Shown here one piece after another: positions 37,891 through 50,200 of a stretch of 64,000 bases of DNA. The position numbers and the translations under genes are program-made. The stretch comes from Okamejei kenojei. Its lineage: Eukaryota. The first letter of the stretch is position 1, and each line of letters opens with the position of its first letter. The notes below the pieces were generated by a model that made no database searches, was not told the origin of the DNA, and saw only the letters and a list, made by a program, of their open reading frames with translations. Location of the stretch: assembly GCA_035221665.1 (NCBI GenBank), contig CM069141.1, forward strand, positions 41,912,001 to 41,976,000, in the 5' to 3' direction.

Positions 37891-38176
37891 GTGTGTTGCC
37901 AATGGTAGGGCTGCAAGTAAACCAGATTGGAACTGTGGTTCTGGAAATGATCTTACACCATTAATGTGCTGGGGTGATCTGGCTCGCATATTAAAACCCT
38001 GTAGGTCTAAGAAATAGCACCAACCCTGCCAGGTTCTCAAATTGTAGAATTGCCACATTGGGTAATAAAACTACTTGGCTTCACCCTCCCCATTTTACCT
38101 GTGACAGATGGAGTTGTCCATGATAGCAAGAGTAGGAGTGAGTAGTATACATTCTGTGATAAGTAAACTCCTGTCT

Positions 38177-38242
38177 TCACATCAAGGATATCAATATGCA
38201 ATATGAGTAAAATTGAAACGGATCTGGAGACCCAAAACTGAA
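38177..38242 (-). CDS. Putative terminal coding exon of the TM-protein gene ([21 protein letters not shown])
   Basis: Acceptor tacttttctgcag, phase 0, TGA at 38179-38177. Least certain exon of the chain. Confidence 0.4.
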   Translation of the reverse strand, partial: FSFGSPDPFQFYSYCILISLM

Positions 38243-41200
38243 CTGCAGAAAAGTACATTGTGACAATATGTTACTTCATGAATGGGATCCTGTTTCACCC
38301 ATCACTGCTATCAACCCTGTTTTGTTAAGTGCATAAGATCATGTCAGGAGTGTTCGGTCTTACCGAGAATTTTCCATTATAGGATCTATGCACAAAAAAA
38401 TGTGTATACTGTAAACCATTCAATAGAACCCAATGCTTTGACTTGAGGTACTCATTAATTTTTAACAGAAGGCCCATATTAAAAATGAGTAATTGATATG
38501 CCATGCAATGATAAATTAACGTGCCCTGGAATTTAGGGAAGAATGTATAGACTGACATTTTGTTAGTACATAGACAATCAATTAACAAGCAATAAAAGTG
38601 AAAACTACAAGCTTGGAAAAGGACTCAATAAAAACAATTAGGTAGACAAATAATCCACTAAATAAATTTATTATCGATTATAAAAGTATTAAAAAGGCAT
38701 ACCACAGCCATATTAGAACATACAATAGAAACAGCCCAACTATTCCGTGCCAGCCATGCTACCTTCTCAAGCTTGTCCCATTACCTGCACGTGACCCCCC
38801 CCCCCCCCCCCCCCCAACTTTCCTATCCATGAACCTCTCAAAATTCCTTTCAAATATTATAATTGTATTTGCCTGTAGTACTTTGTCTGGCAGCTCATTA
38901 TATATAACTGCCAGCTTCTGTGTGAAAAACATGCCCCTCATGTCCCCTTTAAATCTTTCCCCTCTCACTTGAATCTATACCCTCTAGTTTTAGACTGAAA
39001 GAAAGTCAGTGACCATCTATCTCATCTATGTACCTCGAGATTTTGTAAACATTTGTAAGCGAAGTTTGGACCTTCTTCACTCCAAGGATAACATTCCCAG
39101 CCTCTCCAATCTGTCCTCCTAATAGATGCTCTCCAATTGCTTCCCTGTGAATCTTTTCTGCATCCGCTCTCACATAGTCATCCTTCCAATAGCACAGTGA
39201 CTAGAGCTACACGTAATTTTCCAGGTGTGCTGCACGTAATTTTCCAACTCTACCGCTGTGCCACTTTGCTGCCCTATGTATTTGACCCGAAGATCCCTCT
39301 TCGACAACACTCCCCGTGGCCCTGTAATTTACCACCCTGGTTTAACCTCCCAAAATGCATCACTTTGCACTTGTGTGAGTTAAATTCCATCAACCATTCC
39401 TTTATCCCCTATCCCAGTTGATCTAGATCCTGTTACAACTTTAGACAACCTTCACTGTCCATTTTGTTTATTATCCGTAAACTTCCACATCATTCTACCT
39501 ACATTCTTTTCCCAATCGTCAATGTATATAACAACCAAGGGACCCCGAGACCCAGGCACTGATTCTCCTGCCCCTTTACCCAACAATTCCCCTGGTACAG
39601 ACCTCACTCCTCTCAATCCTCACTGTGACCCTCCCCAAACTATGCTAAACATCCACCATCTCAGACAATCCCTCACCACCATATTGTTCCATGATGTGTT
39701 TCCTTAACAACAAACAAAATATGTTTTTACATCTCTACACAGTCCCCAACAATGCTTCGCCTCAATGTTTCTTGTGTTTTCTCAATGTTCCCCAAACCAC
39801 ATGGTTCTGATCCATCCACGACTAGCATAGCTCCGGCTCGATTGAGCCCACAGCTGCCAGCACCCGATTCCTCCCTCTTGCCTTGGACCATGTGCACTTC
39901 TTAAGTTCACATTTGTTTGGCTGCACAAGAATTTCAAAGCCATCTAACTTGAATTATAAGGTTGCATAATAATCGATGGCTCACAATGGCCAGTGAAGTT
40001 TTCCGTTTTAAAGGCTTTTACCATGTAAAGTCAAACATTATGAAGGCACCACACATTTAATACAACAATACATTTTGATCGATTTACAAATAATGTCACT
40101 TAATTTATTTTCCTATTCCTGTTTACTCAATAGTTTAGGCGTTACAACATTTTAAAACTAGTAACTAATTAACTAATCAATATTATTACTTAGTGCACAA
40201 AATAGTTTACATTTAATTACCTATGAATTAATGTATCTAAATCTTATAATCTATTACTCAAATTAAATTACCCTCAGTTATTGGATAAACTAAAAAAGAA
40301 TATTTTATACTGGGAAAACACTACCAATATCAATGATTGGCAGAATAAATACTATAAAAATGGTCTTTTTACCACAATTATTATATTTATTTCAAGCTAT
40401 CCCTTTATATCTCCCAAAATTAAAAAAAAAAAAAAAAACAATTCTATTATTAACAGCTTTATTTGGGATTATAAAAATCACAGAATAAGTAAAAAACATT
40501 TATGTAAATCCAAGATAAATGGGGGATTAGCGTTACCTAATTTTTTATTATTTTTGGGCGGTTCAGATTAAGAATATGAATTTTTGGCTGGTAAAAATGA
40601 ACCAGGAACCAGCTTGGCTAAAGATGGAAATGGAAGACTGTTAACCATTTGATATAAGTTCGATTCTTCTTGTTCCAAGTGAAGTACAAAAAAAAACTTA
40701 CGGGGATAACCCTATAATTTATAGCAATATACGTACTTGGAAACAAATAGTTAAGACTTTACATCTGGATAATATATCACTCTGTTTACCAATTATGAAT
40801 AATCCTTTATTTAAACCTTCTATATTGGATAAGGGGTTTAGACACTGGAAACATTTAGGAATTATAAGGATAGAACACCTTTACAGGAAAGGAAAATTTC
40901 TATCATTTCAAGAATTAAAAGATATCTATGGATTACACCCAAATAACTTGTTCAGGTATTTACAAATTAGAGACTATATCAAGTCAAACATGCAAGACTA
41001 TAAGAATAGAGAGTCAGGATTATTGGATGAGTGGCTTAACAAGCACCCAAATACAGAAAAATTAATAGCGTGCATATATAATACTCTTTTGGATAGGGAA
41101 GTCCCAACAACAGAATCATACCGACAGATATGGGAAAATGAAATAGGTCTATCTATAATGAAAGACACTTGGGAAGAAAGTTTACAACGTATACACCGAT

Positions 41201-44200
41201 GTTCATTAAATGCCAAACATACTTTTGTACAATTTAAAGTAATACATAGATTAAACTACTCAAAAACAAAATTAAATAGAATTTTTCCTAACATTTCTTC
41301 TATTTGCGACAAAATGTCAGAATTTAGAAGCCAACTTAACGCATAGTTTTGTAACATGCATAAAACTTAATAGTTATTAGGCTGATATTTTTGGAATCAT
41401 CTCTGAGGTTCTTAAAACTAAATTGGACCCTGATTTAAAGTTAATAATATTAGGAGTCCCTGACTCAAGCTTAATATTAACAGTTAGTCAAAGAAATTTT
41501 CTTGATTACTGTTGGAAAAATTGGAAAAAAATGAATATTAAAATTCTGGAAGGGAACATTATCCCCCACAATCAAAATGTGGACTGTGGAAATGTCGGAG
41601 ACGTTGCATTTGGAAAGAATTAGGTTTGTCCTAATGGACAAATATGAACTTTTTGAACAAATATGGTCTCCATTCATTGATTACTTAAAGGGGTAGCTGA
41701 GCTCAGCACTGTAACTCAATAAGTACCCTGGTGTAGGATTAGATGAAAAAAGTATTGGGATCTGTATACATGTCTCAATAGATATTGTTATATGAAACTG
41801 TTCCATTCAATGTAAATATACCATTATTTAATTTTTAATTATATAATAACTGTTTTTATTTTTTTATTTTTTTTCTTGTTTATCTTTTCTTTTTTACTTT
41901 TTATTTTTTTATTATATAATCATTATTATTTAATCACAACGTCTTGATTATTGATTTATACTTTTACTTTTTTTTTCACTCCCTTACCTTCCCAAAAAAA
42001 ATAGCATATATAAATTATCCCATAATATCTGTACAACGTTTGTGATAAGTCTGATTTGTATTTGAAGTGCTGCTGTACCTTAGATAATATGCAATGCTTC
42101 TATAAAAATATATTTTTTTTTAAATAGTTCTTTAAGAAACTTGATATATATTGTCTTCAATTGCTTGATGTTGTTGCCGTTCAATAGCATTGTTTAAACT
42201 GTAGGTATAAAACAATAAATTAATTTATATTGTATAAGAATTTTTAAATATTACCACGTCCTAAAAAGTGATTACAAATATAAATTCTTACGTGTTCCTT
42301 TTTGTGGAATTCTTTGCTAAAAAAGATAAAAATACATATTGAGATGGTAATGTCAAAACAGTAACAAATATACCATATGCCATTTGTTTTGATTCCCTAC
42401 AGTATCTTTTGGGAACTATTTTAAGCCACACATTCTTTCACTTCTTGAATTATCAATATTAAACAAAACAAAGTTTGCCATGTGTTGGTGACTGAACATA
42501 GTAGACAGATTTAATGGAAATATCAATTAAAATATCAGCAATGATAAGCCTTCCACTAAGATTATTTTTAAATACAAATTTTTACCAAAATATTAAAAAT
42601 TGAACAATGACATTGTTTTGTAAATCACTATTTTTCTGATAAGTTTGGTAAGGTCCTCTTGCTGATTACCAAACTAAGTGAGTGTTTTGTTTCATAACTA
42701 TCCATAGTGTGCTCACTACTGATTTATGGAAAAGAGGCACAAGCGGTAGAATAACTCAACGGGTCAGGCAGTATCTCTGGGTATCACGGAGAGGTGATGT
42801 TTTGGGGGCTGGGAACCATTTTCAGACTCACGCATTGAGTTACTTCAGCAGTTTATATCTTGGTAACTTTACTGCCTTCTCTTATTTTGCTTGCCTAATT
42901 CCCACGGTCATACACTTTGATCATATCTTGAATATTCCTTTAGATCACCGCATTCTTAAATCATCTATGAGAAGATTTCATTTGTTAATCTCTAGGTTGC
43001 CGTACCTTGGTAACAGGCATGGGAGCATTTGTGAATTATTGGGAGGGTATGGGTGCACAGAGGTATAGCTTGGAAGTGAGAAATGAAACCAGCCACATAA
43101 CCTACCAATACATATCCCAGTATGAACGGACACATAGAAACCCATGAATATTGAGGATTAGAACAACATAGTTATAAAACAGTGAGAATTGATGCCACAT
43201 TCAGCACTGTGCTGCACAGATTCTTTACAGTCATACAGCACAGAAACGGGACCTTTGGTCCACCATGTTTCATTGTTTCATCTATGCTAACCTAAATTAC
43301 CAGCACTTGGCCTATAGACAACTGTGCCTTCAAGGGATCATCCCGATGTTTCTTTAAATGCTTTTAAACCTGCCTCCATAACCTTTTAAGGCAGCGCTTT
43401 CCAGATTACAACTACCATCCAGGTGAAAATATTAATCTTCCAATCCCCTCTAAACTTCCTGTTCCTCACCTCTAGCCTATGGTCCATGGACTTAGACATG
43501 TCTCCCACTGAGTAATTTTTCTTATTATCAGCCCATCAATGCTTATCATAATTTTGATTATAAACTTACAGCATGATAATTTTAGCTTCTTTTAAATTTA
43601 AAATGTAAAATAATTTATTCAAAATAATTTTAAATTCTGAGTGCTACAAATGAAAATGATTCACCATAACACTGGAGGTCCCTGCCCACCCACACATCCA
43701 AATTAGTAAACTTATCACTTACAGTTTTTCATGAAGATGAACATTGCTATTCCAGTCAAAGAGAGCAAAACCAGAAAACCAATGCTAAGAAAAAGTGGAA
43801 GATTTATGTCTCCATGCTAAAAATGAAAAGACAGATTTCATTTCAGAAAATGCCAACTTGAAACTAAAACAGGAAAATATTGTAAACATACAATGGGCCA
43901 GGCCACATATTTGGAAAATACAATAGTTAACTTTTCAGGTCAATTAAATGATAGATCATCCACCTGAAACATAAACTCCTTCACAAATGCTGTCTAACCG
44001 GCTGATTATTTTGGGCATTTTACATTTGATTTCAGATGATCAGAAACACAGTAAATGTCCTCATTTAACTGCAAAAAAAAGAATTTCCCTATTTACTGAT
44101 TTATGTATGTTTTCTCTTTAACTATATAGGTGATTTAGATGAACATGCTTGTCAGTTTCTCAAACCCTTGGTGTGCTAAATCTAATATCTAAATATTCAG

Positions 44201-47200
44201 TCCAATGGCCTCTTCTTATCACCCATATCATCCTATACCTTCAACCGTCTACTTTTAATGCTCTGTTTGAATGAAATCAGCTCCAGTTTTACATTTTTCT
44301 CTGGCTTGCACTTGCTCATTTAAATCAGCAAGATCCAGCAGATCTGATCTAAATAAAGAAGTGCCAATTTCTCTATATGATTGATCATAATCCAAATGAA
44401 ATCTCATTCTCAGTTGTTTCACAACAAAGAGCTGTAGATTCATTTGATTACATTGATTATTCGTTAATGATGATAATCTGTTTTCTCCTAAGTGTAAATT
44501 ACAAGAATTTTAAGGGGGATTCCAAATCCTGACAATACCAGGAATCCCTAGGAGGGTGAAAAAATGTCTCCTGCTTTTGAATGTACAGATGGTTCTGCTA
44601 TCATGCATGTTTCTGTTACTCATTTAAACAGTATAGGGGAAAAACATCTGTTCTCCCAGCAGTACTTAGACAACATTACCTCTAAAGAACACAGCTGACA
44701 CTTTAACTACAGCCGACCACTGAAATTGACAAGCAATCACTCCTATGGGCCCTTGTGTAACAATCCTCAGAATGTGTGATCAGAACACTTTTAGGTTTTA
44801 AAAAGGTTTTGAATGGTGATAAGTCTGGATCTTGCAGGAAGGTACTAAATTGGAGTGAGGCAAATTACAACATTATTAGGCAAGAGTTCTGGAAGACAGA
44901 TTGGAAGTAGTTGTTACTTGTTAAACGGGCTGTCCCACTGCGGCGACCTAATCTGCGAGTTTAGAAGAGTTTGCCCTTGACTCAAACTCGCAGCATGGTT
45001 GACGCGTGGTCCTAGGAGGTCTTATCAATCCCGATATATCTCCCTAAAAATTTCTTTAAAAAGGTGGACTCCTTAGTCACTAACTTCATTTGGGATTATA
45101 AGTGCCATAGAATAAATAAAAAACATTTATGTAAACCAAAAATAAATGGAGGTCTAGCTCTACCAAATTTTATGTTTTATTACTGGGCAGTTAACATTAA
45201 AAATATGAATTTTTGGTTAGAAGAAATAGATAATCAACCAACTTGGTTAAATATGGAAAAATGAAGATTGTTCTCCTTTTGAAATTAGTTCTATAATATT
45301 CGCTAATACTAATTTAGCTAAGAAAACATATAGTGATAACCCAATAATAGGAAGTGGAATACGTATTTGGAAACAAATAAAGAAAACATTAAAATTAAAA
45401 TCTATACCACTATCTCTTAGCATTGTAAATTATGTTACGTTTAAACCTTCAATGATGGATAAAGCTTTTTCACAATGGAAAAATAATGGAATTATTAAGA
45501 TTGGGGATCTCTATAGGGATAACTCCTTCCTGTCATTTCAAGACATACAACAAATTTATGGACTACAATCTAAAGAGTACTTTAGATACTTACAAATTAG
45601 AGATTATGTTAAAGCAAATACGCAAAAACTCAGAAATAGAAAGATAGAAATATTAGATGAATGTTTGAATAAACATCCGAATACAGAAAAAATGATTTCA
45701 TATATATATAACATCTTATTGGAAGGTGATGTTCCATCAACAGAAATACATAGACAATCGTGGGAAAATGAATTATGTCAAACTATTAGACCAGAAATAT
45801 GGGATGATAGTTTACAACATATACATCATTGTTCGCTAAATGCTAAACACTCTCTTATACAGTTTAAAATATTACATAGATTATATTATTCAAAAACCAA
45901 ATTACATAATATGTTCCCAAAAGTATCTCCTATATGTGATAAATGTCAACATTTAAAAGTCAATCTGGCACACTCATTTTACAAATTGTATAAAAATTAC
46001 AAAATTCTGGATTGAAATATTTAGGATAATTTCAAATGTTGTTAATATATCTTTGACACCCGATTCAAAGCTAATAATACTAGGAATATTGGAAACAGAA
46101 CAAATAGTAACAACAAACCAGAGAATTTTTTATTGATTATGGGTTAATAATTGGGAAAAAATTAATATTAAAATTTTGGAAAGGCCCTACATCCCCTACA
46201 ATCAAAATGTGGAATACAGAAATGTCGGAGACTCTTCATCTGGAGAGATTGAGGCTTGTCTTAATGGACAGGTTAGATCTCTTCAGAGGGATATGGTCTC
46301 CATATATTGAATATTTACAGAGTCATAATGGATCGGTACGAGGGCTTGACTGAGGCCTGAATATTAGAATGGATGAAGAAAGAAATATAGTAAATCATGT
46401 CTATATCTCCAATGACGGAATAACGATTATTATTACCCATATCACACATCTGAGGTATGCTTTTACGAAATTGTATTCCCTTCCTTTTTACTGCCAGCAG
46501 GGGTAACAGGGGAATATTTTCTTATATTCCCCTTTCTAGTGAACGCCTATGGACTTTACCTGTTTAAACAGCGGGGAATATAGTCTTATATTCCCCTGGT
46601 CTCACATCCGGGAACTTGGCAACGTGACGCTGCGTGACGGCAACGTGACGCTGCGTGCGAAATTTAAAATTTATTCTCAAAACAAACAAAATGGCAGCCG
46701 GTTGCGAGAAGAGGTTCGCGATTTAAAAGTTCGACCTTCACATTGTCACATAAATGAATTACATAAATTACATAAATGAAACATAAATGTTACATTGTTT
46801 TAGTACCCTTATTTACAATGTTGCAATGGTTTTAGTACCCTTATTTACAATGTTGCAATGCATATTGCAAAATGTATAGATACATTCATATCATATGAGA
46901 TGTTCAGATTTTCCTCTAGATGTCTGATAATGGGTAATAATAACAATATTGACTGTCCTCTTTCGGGAGATACAACATATATTGCCCTCACTAGATCCAT
47001 ATTGCCCTCGTCTTCGACTCGGGCAATATGAATCTACTTCAGGCAATATATGTCGTATCCCCCTCAAGGCCAGTCAATATTCTATTAATACTCCATTCGT
47101 TTTCATATTTTTTTCATTATTTATCTCTATCTTTTCTTACTTTATAAAAAATAATTTAAAAAGCGTATAGAAGCATATAGTCCTAAATCTCAATATTAGT

Positions 47201-50200
47201 AATAATATTAATATTATTAATATTATGAAAGTATTTAATGATGTATTTTCATTTATGTAAAATATTGCAATTTTCATACATATGTTTCTATAATAAAAAA
47301 TATTCATCAAAAAAAAAAAAATTCTGCGAGAAAAATTGGTCGGCATGGTTCTTTTTAACTCGTAGTGCAGTGGAGTGGGGTCACTATTTAGTTACAGGCA
47401 GTCGTAGGCAATCTCCTTCGCTGATGGGGCATTTTAATTGGCTCATTGGAGTTTTCAGGACCAAGGAAAACCGACCCGTAGGTAAAATGCCCGCTAAACT
47501 TTATTATACTTCTTAAGTGTCTCCTCTCCTTCAACCCCCCTTCTCTCCCCCCCCCCCCCCCCCCCGCTGCACTCTCTAAAGAGCTTACCGTACACTGCGC
47601 AGCCATCTTTTACCTTCCTCTTCATCGCGGGTGTAAATTTCAGACAGCGCTGCCCCGCTTTCCCTGGCCCCCGCCTTCGCGATGTGTTTGTGTGTGTGTG
47701 TGCGGTCGGTCGGTCGATCCAGCTCGCAGTTTCATCGCTGACGGTCGATCCAGCTCGAGGTTTTCCAGGCGAGTGCCCTCGAGCTTGAAGATCGAAGACA
47801 CTCTTCTGAATTCGTGGATTCGCCGCAGTGGAGCAGCCCCTTAAGTCCCTATCTGACATGTATGAGTCTTTTTAAGGCCAGTTCATCAAAGTCCAGGACT
47901 GGCATACTCCAGGAAGAAGGAGGGATGAGGATAGCAAATTAAGGGAACCTTGGATGACCAAAAAATTGGATGATTGAAAAATTAAACCCACACAGGTGGT
48001 AATCTGGATTTTCCCCAAAACACTGCAAATTAGCACAGGGAAGCTAAAAGCAGAAAATTAAATGTTTGACTCACATATTGGTACAGAAGAAATGGGTTTC
48101 AATTCATGGGACAGTGGCAGCAGAGTTGCAGGGTGTAAGGAGAAATTGTTCATCTGGGACAGGTTTTACTTGAATCATGCTGAGACAATGTCCCATGCTT
48201 CAAAATTTTAACTATGAGCAGTGTGTCCTAGGGTTTTGATGCAGATGGATGCACCGTTTTTCCATCTCCAAAATTCCATGGATTCTGGATAGTTCCCACA
48301 GATTGGAAAATTAATAACAGAAATTGACACGAACAAACCAGTTGATCAAACATACTTGTAATTTCAGGAGGCTTTCAATAAATTGCCAGAATTTAGATTT
48401 CTTAAATAAAATTAAAATGCACATTATGAGAAAATGTATTTATATATCCATACAGATTTATAATTAATTTTTTCGGACATTTCAAAATGCAGCTTTACAT
48501 TCCCTTCTGCGGAATTTTGCCACTAATTCAGTAAGCCAATGAATAATTAGAAAAATTGAAAAGTGATACTGGGTCGTCGCTGAGAGACTGATTTATTGCA
48601 GCATCCATAACACCTGCATAAAAGTACTCGATGTTACAGATATGCTTTAGATTTTATGTAGTTTGAACCTTTGATATATGCTTACTTGTTTGGAAGTACT
48701 GTTGATTCCATTCGTAGTTATCGTAGAGCTCAGAATTTCTCGAGTACCTGAGGATAAAAAATACACTTCTGGCTCATATCACTAGCAAGGAATCAGCTAT
48801 GGTGCCTAAAAACAAGGGAAGGTATAGAAGGCCTTGGATCCAAAACATCACTATTTTCCAAGATTCATTCTAACAATAATTTTCAACATACGGCCAAACG
48901 GACATTATTTCTGTGATTTCCTAAAGCAAATCTTGCCAATCTGACAAGAATCTCCAACCCACGTGACAATAAATGTTCTAACCAGTAGATGGTGCTGGGA
49001 GCCACAGGGGCATAATTTTCCTCGGAGAGCCATAGGTTGTGCCAGCACATTGTAACACTTATGGGTTAGCTTCTGGGTTTACATCTTCTACTGTTGTGTT
49101 ATGCATTTACATTTACCCCTTCAGAGAATTGGTTCTGGTATTCTGTTTACTCAAAGAGGTGCAACAGCTACTGAGGACATCTAGCTTTCTGCACAAACCA
49201 GTTGTGCCAGATGTGGGAACACTGGTAGTCGATTTCCCTATGGAATTCCCCATGACCGGGAAGATGGGTCTTAGTCACTCAGAGCAGGACGTGCTACTGG
49301 TAGAGGAGAGAGAGAAGAGGATTAGAATCCATATCTGTGCAGGAACAAACTCATTTCCATAAGGTTTTCTCACTGAAATCTGCCAACTAGTCCAGACATA
49401 ACTACACATTCAACAGGAACAAATCCACCAGTGGATGTAAAGTGGTGAAAGCTTCATCCGGCTGGAGTTGGAAATAAGTTTGGCAATCACTGTTGCATGA
49501 AATAAATATTTCATTCCATTTGCCAGAATCCACAAGGAAGGTACAGTGTGCAGCTATGCTGGAATTGCATGTTTCATCAAGATTCTGGGTATCTTGACTG
49601 ATGGACATTGACCAAAAATCCAGCATGCCAACTCTCCAGTACAATCAAAACTACAAATAATTTAATTCCAGCAATATCCAATGACTAAGGTAGGGGACCA
49701 ACACAACTCCATGTCTTGGTATCACAATGGCTGATGTCGAGTGTACAATTGTAAACGTGAGCAGCGTGTATACAATGTTATGGAGTCATTCACTAGCGTC
49801 ACGGCATGTAATCAGTGACAACCTCGCCGTTCTAAGGAGCAGGAGGAGAAAATATTTTAAGATCTAATTATCCACATTTAATGTCCATTCGTAATTCTCC
49901 CTGACCTTAGGAGGCAGATAATGTCCACCTTTAGAGATACACTTAGATCCGGTAAGGATAGTAGATTTCCATGTGAACCAGATGGGTTTTTATGATTAAT
50001 ATGGTAATTTCATGATTACTCTTTGTTAGATGAGCTTTTAAAAGTAAAATCTATTTTTATTGAATTGCTCAAATGTAAGTTTCCCTGCCATCATGGTGGG
50101 GTTTGAATCCACACCTTTAAGCACAGTCCACAATTCTGGCTCCTGCTCCAGTAATCTCCACTCTGCTGCTGCAGAATGGGTGGAAGCGTAACCGAGACAT

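Larger units (their letters stand above)
44925..47841. mobile_element. Harbinger-type non-autonomous element (interrupted by L1), itself inserted in a CR1 remnant
   Basis: TIRs acgggctgtcccactgcggcga / tcgccgcagtggagcagcccct. TAA flanks at 44922-44924 and 47842-47844. Confidence 0.75.

Noticed and set aside
44255-44443. 62-aa minus-strand ORF near the TM exon
   Set aside because: No recognisable homology and no phase-compatible strong splice pair.
49117-49297. Exon-like segment on - (acceptor ctctaccag, donor gtaaat) with an MGNS... reading frame
   Set aside because: Stops occur in all three full-exon frames, and the MGNS frame is out of phase with the stalk-to-TM chain.
49402-49644. ORF with C...CTFL..SGKWNE...C resembling a C-type lectin motif
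   Set aside because: No convincing splice sites bracket it, and the motif spacing is poor.
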